Assembly (NCBI RefSeq): GCF_053078305.1 | Contig: NZ_CP166879.1 | Direction: 5' to 3' (one strand) | DNA: 64,000 nucleotides | Part shown: positions 8,955 through 19,039 of the stretch, piece after piece | Layout of the letters: every line of letters begins with the position of its first letter | Numbering within the stretch: position 1 is the stretch's first letter | Program-made: the position numbers and the translations under genes | The notes under the pieces: model-generated | Seen by the model: the letters and a program-made list of their open reading frames with translations, nothing else | Told to the model about the DNA's origin: nothing | Database searches by the model: none

Positions 8955-9320
8955 ATGAGCGGAAAACAGTATCAGGGCACGGCCACTATCCGTGTGAACG
9001 GTCAGGAATACGAGACGCTTGAGGGGGCTACATTTTCTCCGTCAGGTTTTGAACGTGAAGTGGTGAAAGGCGCGAAAGTCTATGGTTACCGCCAGAAACC
9101 ACGTGAAGCGACGCTGGACTGCAAATTTCCGGCAGGCGGAGAAGGCTCACCAGCCGCTGATGAAATCAACAACTGGACTGCGGTCACCATCGAGTTTGTG
9201 GCGGATACCGGCGAAGTCCACATGATGACGAAGGCCTGGAGCAGTGAACCGGCCTCGCTTGACGGTGGCGGGGAGATCTCCGTGAAGTTCGCCAGCGCCT
9301 CCAGTACCCGTGTTCAGTGA
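8955..9320 (+). CDS. tail tube protein (Mu M-like)
   Basis: 121 aa, directly after the sheath gene. Confidence 0.75.
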   Translation: MSGKQYQGTATIRVNGQEYETLEGATFSPSGFEREVVKGAKVYGYRQKPREATLDCKFPAGGEGSPAADEINNWTAVTIEFVADTGEVHMMTKAWSSEPASLDGGGEISVKFASASSTRVQ

Positions 9321-9811
9321 TCAGGAAAAATAAAATGACCACACGTAAGAAAAAAACGGCAGTTTCCGATGCCGCCGTGATGGAGGCAATCCGGGAAGCA
9401 CTTGAGGGGGCTGATCCACGCACTGCCGGGCTGACAGAGCAACTGGCAAAGGGATATGTGGATCTGCTTGATGGTCTGCCGTTTGGTGAGACCCGTGAAT
9501 ATCGTGTCACGTTCCGGGAACTGACTGCGAAAGACAGTATTGACGCAGAAGCAGAAGCCGAGCGCGTGGTGGAGACAAACAATGGCCCGATGCTGATAGC
9601 GTCTCCGTCGTTACGCGGTGTTGCACTGCTGCGCCGTCAGATTGCCGCAGTGGGAGACATTGAGGGTCCGTTGTCACCCCGTCAGATTGGGCGGTTAAGC
9701 GAGCGCGATCTCTCCCGCCTGATGGCAGCGGTCAGCCTGCTGGATACCGCGCTTGCCGGAAAGCTGGCTGCTGACCGGGGGCGATCAGGCGCAGTGTCGG
9801 GATCAGATTGA
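9317..9811 (+). CDS. tail assembly chaperone (Mu gp41-like)
   Basis: 164 aa, located between tube and tape measure. An overlapping downstream frame is typical of frameshifted chaperone pairs. Confidence 0.6.
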   Translation: MIRKNKMTTRKKKTAVSDAAVMEAIREALEGADPRTAGLTEQLAKGYVDLLDGLPFGETREYRVTFRELTAKDSIDAEAEAERVVETNNGPMLIASPSLRGVALLRRQIAAVGDIEGPLSPRQIGRLSERDLSRLMAAVSLLDTALAGKLAADRGRSGAVSGSD

Positions 9812-9935
9812 AGAAGCGGCAATTATCCTGGGGATGGTGACAAAAAGCGGCCCGGAATGGGCGCTTAACCTCCCCCTGTCGCAACTTTACCGGCACTGCC
9901 GACAGACAGAAAAAATCATCAGAACGAAGCAGTAA
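9723..9935 (+). CDS. putative frameshift extension of the tail assembly chaperone (alternate frame, no SD or good start of its own)
   Basis: The frame is open from 9723 to the stop at 9933-9935, 2 nt before the tape-measure ATG. It lies +1 (equivalently -2) relative to the chaperone frame. The -1 frame is closed (TGA at 9772). Confidence 0.4.
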   Translation, partial: WQRSACWIPRLPESWLLTGGDQAQCRDQIEEAAIILGMVTKSGPEWALNLPLSQLYRHCRQTEKIIRTKQ

Positions 9936-9937
9936 GT

Positions 9938-12013
9938 ATGGCCCGAAATCTCAGAGCATCTCTGATAGTTGATTTGCTCGGCAATATCTCAGCCAAATCC
10001 CGCCAGTGGTCTCAGGAGCTGGGGGCATTCTCACGCTCCGGCCAGGCGGGGCTGGGTGGTCTGGGAAATGCTGCCCGCCGTGCCGGGCAGGAAACAGATG
10101 TACTCGGAAGCAGGATGCAGCGCACGCTGGCCGGGGTGCGGGGCAGTATCCGCCATGTCACTTCTGATTTTGACCGTCTTCAGGGCAGTATTACCGGCAC
10201 CATCGGGCGGATCAGCAATCTTTACGGAATGCTGGCCGGTGGTGCTGCTGTATATGGCTTTAACCGGGGATTTATTCGCCCGGCAGCGGAGATGGAAACC
10301 TATATGATTCGCCTGAACTCCCTTTACAAAGGGGATCGGGCGAAAACGGATGATGTCCGCAGGTGGGCAATACAGAATGCGAAGGAAACCACCTGGGGGC
10401 TGGCTGGCGTCATGCAGGAATATACGTCCAGTCTGGGCTTTGGTATGAGTGACAGGGAGGCCCGAAATTTTGTCACCATGCTTCAGGATCAGGGTGCCGT
10501 GGGCGGCTGGTCACTGTCCGATGCACAGGGGGCATCCCTGCAACTGAAACAGATGTATGCAAGAGGCAGTATTCAGGCGGCGGATGCAAATATTCTTGCC
10601 ACCTACGGCATTAATGCCTACCGCGTGCTGGCTGATCGTCTGGGTGTGGACCAGAAAGTGGTCAGAAAACTTGGTGAAAAAGGGCTGCTTGGGCCGGACA
10701 GTATTCGCCTGTTATTTCAGACGCTGGCGGAACAGGCCAGGGGAGCACAAAAGGACGCAATGAATTCCTGGAGTGGCCTGACGGCCATGATGGGTGACGT
10801 CTGGGACCAGTTTGCCCGGGATGTGATGGACAGTGGGCCATTTGAAAAACTGAAGGGTAATCTCAGGGGATTTCTTTCATGGGTTGACAGTGCCAAATCT
10901 GATGGCAGTTACCATTCCCTGGCGGAAAGCACGGCATCAGCCATGAACCAGGGCTTTGAGTATGCCCGTGATGCAGTGACAGGGTTTTATCAGGCGATCA
11001 GAAAGGTACGCGACACGCTTCAGGCTCTGCGGGATGCGGGCTATGGTGATGCGCTGGATCGCATTGGTCAGGGGGCACAGACTGCCGCGAAATACCTGCT
11101 GTACATGTATCTCGCCACCCGTGCCCTGAAAATGGCGCGGGCTGTCGGAACGGGGATTATACGTCCGGGTGCTGCATTGCTGGGATACGGATTATCAGCG
11201 GCGGCCTTCCTGACTTCACCTTTCCGGCGCTCTCCTCCGGCCGGAACACCACCAGGCACATCTCAGGGACGAGGGCAACGTTTTATGAACTTTCTTACCG
11301 GGGTAAATCCGGCAGCCGTTCAGCCAGTGCTTGTAACAAACTGGCCCGCAGGAGGACTGTCCGGCACCGGCGCGACCGATACATCCTCAGGCGGACGTCA
11401 GGGACGGGGCCGCAGGAAACGCGGACCGGGGCGCGGAAGACCGGTCACGCCTCCCCTGCCACCGTCCCCTGTACCACCGTCGCCCTCTTCTGGTGGGTCA
11501 GGGTTCTGGGGGCGCATGATGGGGCGCGCCGGTGGGTTGCTTTCGTCTGCCGGTAACCGCATGGGACTGGGGCGTTTCTCCGGCTTTTTCCGCAGTGCCG
11601 GTGGACTGGCTGGACGGCTGGGTGGCGGTGCCCTGTGGGCTGGCGCGATGGCAGCCCCGGTTCTGCTGGATGGCAGCGCCAGTATCACAGACAAGGGAGA
11701 AGCGGTCGGCTCTCTTGCAGGCAGTATTGCCGGTGGTGCGCTGGGGGCGGCAGCCGGACCTGTGGGGATTGCCATTGGTTCTACGGTGGGCAGCTATCTC
11801 GGTAACTATCTGGGGGGGTGGCTGACTGAAGCCTGGCAGAAATTACGGGGCAGTGATAATGAAAGCAGTGGACAGGCGGTACAAAAAGCCTCTGCCCGTG
11901 TGGAGCTGGTTGCCCCGGAAGGGTGGCAGGCTCGCAGTATTGATATTGATGACACGTCCGGTCACGGACTGGATGTGAATGTCTGGAACGGAGGGAATTA
12001 TGGCCTCTGGTGA
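9938..12013 (+). CDS. tail tape measure protein
   Basis: 691 aa. Helical N-terminal two-thirds, Gly/Pro/Arg-rich low-complexity region, and Gly/Ala-rich hydrophobic C-terminus. Canonical position. Confidence 0.85.
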   Translation: MARNLRASLIVDLLGNISAKSRQWSQELGAFSRSGQAGLGGLGNAARRAGQETDVLGSRMQRTLAGVRGSIRHVTSDFDRLQGSITGTIGRISNLYGMLAGGAAVYGFNRGFIRPAAEMETYMIRLNSLYKGDRAKTDDVRRWAIQNAKETTWGLAGVMQEYTSSLGFGMSDREARNFVTMLQDQGAVGGWSLSDAQGASLQLKQMYARGSIQAADANILATYGINAYRVLADRLGVDQKVVRKLGEKGLLGPDSIRLLFQTLAEQARGAQKDAMNSWSGLTAMMGDVWDQFARDVMDSGPFEKLKGNLRGFLSWVDSAKSDGSYHSLAESTASAMNQGFEYARDAVTGFYQAIRKVRDTLQALRDAGYGDALDRIGQGAQTAAKYLLYMYLATRALKMARAVGTGIIRPGAALLGYGLSAAAFLTSPFRRSPPAGTPPGTSQGRGQRFMNFLTGVNPAAVQPVLVTNWPAGGLSGTGATDTSSGGRQGRGRRKRGPGRGRPVTPPLPPSPVPPSPSSGGSGFWGRMMGRAGGLLSSAGNRMGLGRFSGFFRSAGGLAGRLGGGALWAGAMAAPVLLDGSASITDKGEAVGSLAGSIAGGALGAAAGPVGIAIGSTVGSYLGNYLGGWLTEAWQKLRGSDNESSGQAVQKASARVELVAPEGWQARSIDIDDTSGHGLDVNVWNGGNYGLW

Positions 12014-13349
12014 CGGTCGTGGTGCGTTCCGTGGTGTGCCGTTCCTCGTCTGGCGTGAGCAGCGCGAACGTGGCGGGCGAAACATTGTCCGTCGGGAATA
12101 TCCGTTACGGGAAACCGGTGGAGCAGACGATCTGGGACCTAAACTGGCTGAATTTACGTTCAGTGTACTTGTGATGGGGGATGATGTTCAGACGCAGCGA
12201 AATCGTCTGCGTGATGCCCTTCGTGCTCCCGGTGCCGGGGAGCTGCTTCACCCGGATTACGGCACGTTAAATGTGCTGATAAACAGCTTTGAAAGTCGTT
12301 ATAACGCCGCTGAACAGGGCGTGGTTGAGTTCACCATTAATGTCACGCCGGTAAGTGATGATACCGCACCTGCTGTCACACAGGACACGGCCGCCATTCT
12401 GGAGCAGAAGAGTACCACCGCGCTCGGGCAGGTTTTTGAAACCCTGGAAGCGGGCTGGACGGTGATTTCTGACGGAATGCACGATGTCCAGGCAATGACC
12501 GAAACCATCAGCGATAAGGTGTCCGCCCTGGAAAATGCCGTTTCCGGCATGGGGATTGTGCAGGATATCAGTGCCTTTACTGCCACGTTCACGGCGCTGA
12601 AAGGGAATGCCACGGCATTACTGACAGCACCTTCCCGCATGGCCTCATCTTTTGCGGGGCTTTTCAGTGCCCTGATCACCCTGCCATCGCTGCCGTCACT
12701 GTCTTCAGGAGGCCTGAATACCCGGCCCGGTGGCAGTATCGGCCGGACGACATCCGCCGTCTATCAGGGAATGCCGCAACTGTACAGGACATTATCTTCC
12801 CTGCGTTACGTGCTGGATGAGCAGGATAATCCGCAGACTCTCATCGGTCTGACACCGGCAGCACAAAAGAATATTCGTCTGATACGGGCGGTAATGCAGA
12901 GTGCTGCCGTGGTGGCCCAGGCACAGACCGTGGGAAAACTGCTGGATCAGGTTCTCAGTCAGGAAACCCTGCCGGATAGTGACGCAGCCCACCGTACCTG
13001 GCCTGTCTGGCTGGAAAGTTCAGTCGATCTTCAGCGCATTAACCGTGACTTAAGCGAAGCGCTCGAACGGCAGGTGATGACACTGTCCGGGCAGGGGTAT
13101 ACCGCCACGGCGCTGACGCTTCGTGATGCCAGACTGGCACTGACAGAGGATCTGAATACACGGGGAGTTCAGCTACCCGGTGCAACAGTAGTGACTGTAC
13201 GTACCACCGAGCCTGCACTGGTGACCCTGTACCGTGCCACCGGGAACAGTACCGGCTGGCAACGTTTTGTGCGCCGTAACGGTATTGTTGATCCGCTGTT
13301 CATTCCCGGAGGCCATTCAGTGGAGGTGATTAGTGAGCAGCAGGGTTGA
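12000..13349 (+). CDS. DNA circularization protein N-like (Mu gp43)
   Basis: ATG at 12000 preceded by GGAGGG and overlapping the TMP stop. N-terminus ...FRGVPFLV matches the Mu N family start. The track ORF begins 21 nt earlier. Confidence 0.75.
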   Translation: MASGDGRGAFRGVPFLVWREQRERGGRNIVRREYPLRETGGADDLGPKLAEFTFSVLVMGDDVQTQRNRLRDALRAPGAGELLHPDYGTLNVLINSFESRYNAAEQGVVEFTINVTPVSDDTAPAVTQDTAAILEQKSTTALGQVFETLEAGWTVISDGMHDVQAMTETISDKVSALENAVSGMGIVQDISAFTATFTALKGNATALLTAPSRMASSFAGLFSALITLPSLPSLSSGGLNTRPGGSIGRTTSAVYQGMPQLYRTLSSLRYVLDEQDNPQTLIGLTPAAQKNIRLIRAVMQSAAVVAQAQTVGKLLDQVLSQETLPDSDAAHRTWPVWLESSVDLQRINRDLSEALERQVMTLSGQGYTATALTLRDARLALTEDLNTRGVQLPGATVVTVRTTEPALVTLYRATGNSTGWQRFVRRNGIVDPLFIPGGHSVEVISEQQG

Positions 13350-14466
13350 ACTGTATCTGGGCGGTGAGATTTTTTCCGGCTGGCTGACGGTGAGTGTTCG
13401 TCGCTCTCTTGAACATCTGGCGGGCTCCTTTGAACTGGGGGTAATGATGCCCGGTGTACGCCTTCCGTCATCCGTCCGTGCCGGTCAGTCTCTGGAATTG
13501 CGCATTGACGGTCAGCCTGTGATCACCGGCTGGCTGGATCAGGTCCGGCAGCGCATCAGCGCCACGCGTTTTCAGATCACGCTCAGCGGACGGGATAAAA
13601 CCGGTGACCTGGTGGACTGTTCAGCCATTCATCCGGGCAGCCAGTGGAGGAACCGTACGCTGGAGCACATTGCTTCAGATTTGTGTGCTCCGTTCGGGGT
13701 CACGGTGCGCTGGCAGGTAAATGATGCAACGGCAGCCCGGCCCTTTTCCACCTTCACACTGGAAAACTCAGAAACCGTGGCAGATGCGCTGACACGGGCC
13801 GCGAGACACAGAGGCGTCCTGGTAACCAGTAATGCCGCCGGTGAACTGGTTTTCACTCAGGCCGGCAGTCAGCGTGGCGACACGCTGACGCTGGGCGAAA
13901 ATCTGCTGGATTTGGATCACAACGTGGATCACCGTCTGCGCCACAGTGAATACCGTGTACGGGGGCACGGGCGTGGTGGTGGTCATGCCGGGGATGCACT
14001 GACAGCCGGAACGCTGGCCGCACCCGTTGGTACGGTGACAGACAGTGCCATCCACCGTTACAGACCGAAAATTGTGCTGGCGGATCATGCTGTTGATGCA
14101 GACGGTGCACGCCAGAGGGCTGTCCGGGAAATGCGCCGGGCGGTTGCCCGCTCTGTGCGCCTGACAGCCACCGTGCGGCACTGGTTTCGGGAGAACGGCC
14201 AGTTGTGGGATATCAACCTGCTGACGGCTGTCACGGCTCCCCGCACCGGAGTGGAAGAGCGTGATCTTCTTGTCTGTCAGGTGGAGTTTTCGCTGGATGC
14301 AAATCACGGCGAAACCACCCGTCTGATTCTGGCACCCCGTGACGGCTTTATTGTTCCGGCAGAGCCGGACAGCCGGGGAAACAGCGGAAGCGGAAATGCG
14401 GGTGATGTGGACGCCTTCGTGCGGGCACAGATGAAAAAACAGGGGATTAAATTCAATGATGAATGA
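13333..14466 (+). CDS. baseplate hub protein (Mu P/gp44-like)
   Basis: 377 aa (Mu P is ~379 aa), GTG start after GGAGG; position after N. Confidence 0.75.
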   Translation: MSSRVELYLGGEIFSGWLTVSVRRSLEHLAGSFELGVMMPGVRLPSSVRAGQSLELRIDGQPVITGWLDQVRQRISATRFQITLSGRDKTGDLVDCSAIHPGSQWRNRTLEHIASDLCAPFGVTVRWQVNDATAARPFSTFTLENSETVADALTRAARHRGVLVTSNAAGELVFTQAGSQRGDTLTLGENLLDLDHNVDHRLRHSEYRVRGHGRGGGHAGDALTAGTLAAPVGTVTDSAIHRYRPKIVLADHAVDADGARQRAVREMRRAVARSVRLTATVRHWFRENGQLWDINLLTAVTAPRTGVEERDLLVCQVEFSLDANHGETTRLILAPRDGFIVPAEPDSRGNSGSGNAGDVDAFVRAQMKKQGIKFNDE

Positions 14467-15070
14467 CGAAGTCATCAGCCGCCTTCTGGCCCCCGTGATG
14501 CGGGGTGTTCGTCTGCTGTTCGGGCGTGGTGTACTGACCGGCACAACGGACACGCTGAAAATCCAGAATGTGCAAATCACCGGTATGGATGGTGAAACCT
14601 TTGATGACGTTGAGCGCCCCCAGCAGTACGGGCAAATCAGCGTCCCCCTGCCTGGTGCGGAAGTTTTTCTGGCCTGTGCTGGTGGACAACGGGATCAGGC
14701 CGTGGTGCTTGTGGTGGAAGACCGCCGCAGTCGCCCGACCGGACTTACCGCCGGAGATACCGGCGTGTATCACCATGAGGGGCACCGTATACGTCTGACA
14801 AAGAACGGCCGGATCATTGTGACCTGTAAGACGCTGGAGATTTACGCCGATGAAGGAGTTCAGGTGGATACACCGGAGGCTCACTTTACCGGTAATGTCA
14901 CAGTGGATAAGAACCTGCATGTCAAAGGCAATGTGTCCATTGACGGCACCGGAAGATCACAGGGGACGTTCACGATGTCCGAAGCGGTTATTGCCGGGAT
15001 CACCTATTCAGGTCATGTGCATCACGATAACGGTGAAGGCAGCAAAACGGGAGGACCAGAGAATGGCTGA
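14456..15070 (+). CDS. baseplate assembly/spike protein V (Mu gp45-like)
   Basis: 204 aa in the gpV-type position. C-terminal HHDNGEG-type motif. Confidence 0.7.
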   Translation: MMNDEVISRLLAPVMRGVRLLFGRGVLTGTTDTLKIQNVQITGMDGETFDDVERPQQYGQISVPLPGAEVFLACAGGQRDQAVVLVVEDRRSRPTGLTAGDTGVYHHEGHRIRLTKNGRIIVTCKTLEIYADEGVQVDTPEAHFTGNVTVDKNLHVKGNVSIDGTGRSQGTFTMSEAVIAGITYSGHVHHDNGEGSKTGGPENG

Positions 15071-15500
15071 TATTGCTGTCGTCTGGGATCAGGGTTGTGG
15101 TTCCCTGCAACTGAACGGCGCAGATCTTCTGACGGATAACAGCCTGCTGACTGCGGTCATTATTTCACTGTTTACGGACAGGCGGGCGCTGGATTCCGAT
15201 GAAATCCCTGACGGCACCCGTGACCGTCGGGGATGGTGGGGAGACAGTTTCCGGGAGCGCCCCATTGGCTCCCGTCTCTGGCTGTTAAGCCGTGAAAAGA
15301 CGCTGTCCTCCGTGGTCAGCCGTGCACAGGCCTATGCTGATGAAGCGCTGGCGTGGCTGCATAAAAGCGGTGCTGCCACATCCGTGGTATGTCATGCCAT
15401 GCGTGTGGGGCATGATCGCCTTTCGCTTTCCGTGAAAATCACCCTGCCGGACGGAAGCAGACATCCGATGATTTTTTATGCTGATATGAAGGGGGAATGA
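15063..15500 (+). CDS. baseplate protein (Mu gp46-like)
   Basis: ATG at 15063 (MADIAVVWDQ...) overlaps the gp45 stop. The 71-codon N-terminal extension in the ORF track overlaps gp45 and is unlikely to be real. Confidence 0.7.
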   Translation: MADIAVVWDQGCGSLQLNGADLLTDNSLLTAVIISLFTDRRALDSDEIPDGTRDRRGWWGDSFRERPIGSRLWLLSREKTLSSVVSRAQAYADEALAWLHKSGAATSVVCHAMRVGHDRLSLSVKITLPDGSRHPMIFYADMKGE

Positions 15501-16582
15501 TGCCTTATCAGCCCTTACCACTGGCGCAACTGATCACACAGACACAACAGGATATCAGCCAGCGCCTGCCCGGTTCGCAGCCGGGCGTGAATGAAACCAC
15601 CCTGAATGCCATTGCGTATGCACTGGCGGGTCTGTCAGCACAGGAGCATGAACATCTGGCCTGGATCTCCCGGCAGATAATTCCGACAGAAGCTGATGAA
15701 GCCGAACTCCTGAAACACTGCGCATTCTGGGGTGTCATCCGTAAACCGGCTTCCCGCGCTGACGGACCGGTACAACTGATGCTGACCACGGATGCAGGGA
15801 TCACGGAAGGCGTACTCCTTCAGCGAAGCGATGGTGTTGTGTACCGCATCACCGGCTCTGCGACCGGAAAAGCCGGAACACTGAATGTTAATGTGGAGGC
15901 GGAAAGTGCGGGGCGCGCTGGAAATACCCCGACCGGAACCCGCCTGTCCTTTATCACGCCACAGGCGGGCATCAACCAGACAGCCACGGTCACCGGCACG
16001 GGACTCACCGGTGGTGCGGATGTGGAAACGGTGCCGGAGTTGCTGTCCAGGCTGGTATTCCGGGTACAGAACCCGCCATCAGGGGGAACACAGTATGATT
16101 TTGAACGCTGGGCACGGGAAGTACCGGGCGTGACGCGGGCATGGTGTAAGCCTGAATGGCCTGAGGCGGGTAGTGTTGGTGTGACTTTTGTTCAGGATAA
16201 TAACCCTGACATTTTCCCCGGAGAAGGTGATGTGAAGCGGGTGGCGGATTATATCCGCAGTCATGATGATCCGGCGACGGGCCAGCCCGTTGGTCAGCCA
16301 CTTGGGCCGACAATCAGCGTGTTTAAGCTGACCAATAAGTCGGTGGCGTTTGAGATCAGGATTGTACCCAAAACGCCGGAAAATCAGGCTGCCGTAAAAC
16401 AGGCATTAACGGACCTGCTTTATAACGAATCGCGGCCGGGTGGACTTGTATTGCCTTCATCATTCTGGCGGGCTGTTGCAGGGGTGAAAGGACTGGAGGA
16501 TTTTGAAGTTCGCAGTCCGCTGAAGTCCGTGATGGCCGGAGATACAGAGTTGCTGACCGTGGGGGAAATCACATGGCTGTAA
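15497..16582 (+). CDS. baseplate J-like protein (Mu gp47-like)
   Basis: 361 aa, ATGA-coupled; baseplate J position and size. Confidence 0.8.
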   Translation: MMPYQPLPLAQLITQTQQDISQRLPGSQPGVNETTLNAIAYALAGLSAQEHEHLAWISRQIIPTEADEAELLKHCAFWGVIRKPASRADGPVQLMLTTDAGITEGVLLQRSDGVVYRITGSATGKAGTLNVNVEAESAGRAGNTPTGTRLSFITPQAGINQTATVTGTGLTGGADVETVPELLSRLVFRVQNPPSGGTQYDFERWAREVPGVTRAWCKPEWPEAGSVGVTFVQDNNPDIFPGEGDVKRVADYIRSHDDPATGQPVGQPLGPTISVFKLTNKSVAFEIRIVPKTPENQAAVKQALTDLLYNESRPGGLVLPSSFWRAVAGVKGLEDFEVRSPLKSVMAGDTELLTVGEITWL

Positions 16583-17130
16583 CCCTGACCCCGCATCAGC
16601 GCGCCCTGTTGCAGTTGCTGCCTGACGGGCTGGCATGGGATAAGCGGCCGTCATCCGTTCTTGCAGCTTTGTGCCTGGGCCTCAGTCATTCCACGGAGCG
16701 TGTTTCCTGGACCGGTAACCAGATGCTGGCAGAACGTTTTCCTGATTCATCCCGTCTGCTGCTGGAAGACTGGGAGCGTTATCTGGGGTTGCCGGAATGT
16801 GATATGACCGGCGCAACCATTCAGGAACGTCAGCGTTATGCCGGGAATAAATACCGGATGAAACCCTCTCTTAACCGTGAATTTTATATCCGGTTTGCGG
16901 CTGAGTTTGGTTATGAAATAGATATCCAGCCATCACCGGAATCACAATGGATCAGTATTGTGACAGTGAAGACGGCGGTGGGATACCGTCACATGAATGT
17001 ACTGGACGATATTCTTACACCACTGCGAATTTATGATGCAAGTGCGCTGGAGTGCATTTTAAACCGTTATAAGCCAGCCTGGCAGACGTTTTTATATCTG
17101 TACGAAAACAGTCATGAGGAGACGGAGTAA
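16573..17130 (+). CDS. baseplate/tail protein (Mu gp48-like)
   Basis: 185 aa, between the J-like gene and the tail fibre gene. Confidence 0.65.
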   Translation: MAVTLTPHQRALLQLLPDGLAWDKRPSSVLAALCLGLSHSTERVSWTGNQMLAERFPDSSRLLLEDWERYLGLPECDMTGATIQERQRYAGNKYRMKPSLNREFYIRFAAEFGYEIDIQPSPESQWISIVTVKTAVGYRHMNVLDDILTPLRIYDASALECILNRYKPAWQTFLYLYENSHEETE

Positions 17131-18017
17131 TGTATTTTGTCGACAACAATTCAGGTGTGACCGATATGCCACCACTGGCCCCCTCTCAGGGTACGCAGGT
17201 TAAATGGTTTACTGAAGGTGACGGACGCAAAGGGATCAGCCATATCGGTCAGGACTGGCTGAACATCGTGCAGGCAGAGCTGCTTGCCATTCTGACAGAA
17301 GGAAAGGTTCAGCCGGATAAGGCAAAACTGAACCAGCTGGTGACAGCCATTAAGGCAATCATTGCAGCAAACGCATACAGCCGGAAAAACAACCTTAAGG
17401 AGATTGCGGATGCAGGTGCAGAAGCACAGGCTGCTGCCCGCCGTCATCTGGGGCTGGGAGGATTATCAGGAAAAGACAGTCTGGCTGCTGCTGATGTGGG
17501 AGCACTGGAGAAATCCCGGAATTTTGACGATGTACCGGATAAACCGACGGCCCGCCTGAATCTTGATGTTTACAGTAAGGGAGAAGGCGATGAGCGTTAT
17601 CTGCGCAGGGACCAGAATGGCGCGGATATCCCGGACAAAGGAACCTTTATCGATAACCTCGGTTTACGGGAAACGGTAAATAAGGCTGCTGATGCCCTGC
17701 CATCGGGTGGAACCGCCGTGGCAGCGAATAAACTCGCCACCCCAGTAAATATTAATGGCGTTCCTTTCGACGGAACGCAGGATATCAATATTACATCGGG
17801 GATGACGCAGTCTGTGGCTGACTCACGTTATGTTCAAAGCATTCGAAGAGGTTCAAGGTCAACGATTGGAATGCAATATAATATTTTTGAAGTTCCTGAC
17901 GGATGCGTACTTACAGGGCTTGATGTCGCTGGTGATGGTAATGCAACGGTAACCGCATATTATCGCCCTGTTCAGTTTCTGATAAATGGTTCGTGGAAAA
18001 CAGCTTCCAGCGCATAA
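17130..18017 (+). CDS. S: tail fibre protein S (constant part plus currently expressed variable tip Sv)
   Basis: 295 aa. The frame crosses the left gix site at 17647-17672. The C-terminal tip is homologous to the silent cassette and to the lambdoid Stf tip (YYRPVQ...W[KR]T). Confidence 0.8.
   Translation: MYFVDNNSGVTDMPPLAPSQGTQVKWFTEGDGRKGISHIGQDWLNIVQAELLAILTEGKVQPDKAKLNQLVTAIKAIIAANAYSRKNNLKEIADAGAEAQAAARRHLGLGGLSGKDSLAAADVGALEKSRNFDDVPDKPTARLNLDVYSKGEGDERYLRRDQNGADIPDKGTFIDNLGLRETVNKAADALPSGGTAVAANKLATPVNINGVPFDGTQDINITSGMTQSVADSRYVQSIRRGSRSTIGMQYNIFEVPDGCVLTGLDVAGDGNATVTAYYRPVQFLINGSWKTASSA
17655..17788 (+). repeat. left arm of perfect 134-bp inverted repeat of the invertible segment
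   Basis: Exact reverse complement of 18906-19039, compared by eye base by base. Imperfect homology continues to about 17813. Confidence 0.9.
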
Positions 18018-19034
18018 AAGTGCAGTAGTTCAAAAAACAGATTATCTGAATAAATATATGATGATTTTGTCTTTTCAACAAAAACAAGGTGAAATAATGG
18101 AGCTTATTAACGTAAAACGATATTACCCGGAACACAAACCCTATGGTGAGGATGTTCAGTATTTCCAGAGTGAGGACGGAAGGGATTTTTATGAATCTCT
18201 CCCGCTTTTCACAAAGAAATACAAACTCTGTATTTCGCCTGTAACGGGTATTATCTGCTCTGTTGCTGAAGATGTCTCTGCTTTATATCCGGCAGGTTTT
18301 ACTGTTGTTGAAGTGGACGAACTGCCGGAAGGTGTGGATATTGACGGTAACTGGCAGTTTTCTGATGGCCTGATATCAAAGGTGCCGGTAAACTGGAAGA
18401 CGGTTGCTGAAAAGCGCCGCTCATCGCTGCTCCAGGAAGCCAACGAAACTGTGGATGACTGGAAAACGGAATTAAAACTGGACATGATTAGCGATGAAAA
18501 TAAATTACAGCTGACGCGCTGGATGGCGTATATCCGACAGCTTAAAGAAATGCACTTTAATGATATTGCCAGTGAGGGGCATTACCAGGCGATTCCCTGG
18601 CCGGAAAAACCGGAATAATTCAGAGGGTGCATTCAGCACCCTTTTCTGTGGTTTACACTGAACTTACCGTTCTCCAGGCATTATTAATATAAATCTGAAC
18701 CGGGCGATAATAGACCCCACCGATATTGTCCGCAGACCGGGAGCCGGTTTCCTGCACGTTAATACCGGAAAGCATACAACCGGAAGGTGCGCTGTAATTC
18801 CATGACATTTCATTGCCTCCGGGTGAATGATAGCTCTGTGCTCCAAGCTGAACATTCTGTACATACCGGCCATCTGCGGTTGACTGCGTCATTCCTGACG
18901 TGATGTTGATATCCTGCGTTCCGTCGAAAGGAACGCCATTAATATTTACTGGGGTGGCGAGTTTATTCGCTGCCACGGCGGTTCCACCCGATGGCAGGGC
19001 ATCAGCAGCCTTATTTACCGTTTCCCGTAAACCG
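17660..19034. mobile_element. Gin-invertible (G-segment-like) DNA segment, ~1.37 kb
   Basis: Bounded by inverted 26-bp gix-like sites: 17647-17672 TTATCGATAACCTCGGTTTACGGGAA and 19022-19047 TTCCCGTAAACCGAGGTTTCAGGGAT. A serine invertase gene lies adjacent. Confidence 0.8.
18097..18618 (+). CDS. U: tail fibre assembly chaperone (Mu U / lambda Tfa family)
   Basis: ATG at 18097 after AAGGTGA. 173 aa (Mu U is ~175 aa). The N-terminal motif SEDGRDFYESLPLF parallels SEDGQDWYECQSLF of the lambdoid Tfa at 37334. Confidence 0.75.
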   Translation: MELINVKRYYPEHKPYGEDVQYFQSEDGRDFYESLPLFTKKYKLCISPVTGIICSVAEDVSALYPAGFTVVEVDELPEGVDIDGNWQFSDGLISKVPVNWKTVAEKRRSSLLQEANETVDDWKTELKLDMISDENKLQLTRWMAYIRQLKEMHFNDIASEGHYQAIPWPEKPE

Positions 19035-19039
19035 AGGTT
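18653..19039 (-). CDS. silent alternative tail-fibre C-terminal cassette (Sv'), promoterless, expressed only after inversion
   Basis: Minus-strand frame is open from just inside gixR (TGA at 19042-19040 closes it outside) to the stop at 18653. Its first ~45 codons are identical to S residues encoded at 17655-17788. Confidence 0.75.
   Translation of the reverse strand, partial: NLGLRETVNKAADALPSGGTAVAANKLATPVNINGVPFDGTQDINITSGMTQSTADGRYVQNVQLGAQSYHSPGGNEMSWNYSAPSGCMLSGINVQETGSRSADNIGGVYYRPVQIYINNAWRTVSSV
18906..19039 (-). repeat. right arm of perfect 134-bp inverted repeat of the invertible segment
   Basis: Exact reverse complement of 17655-17788. Confidence 0.9.
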
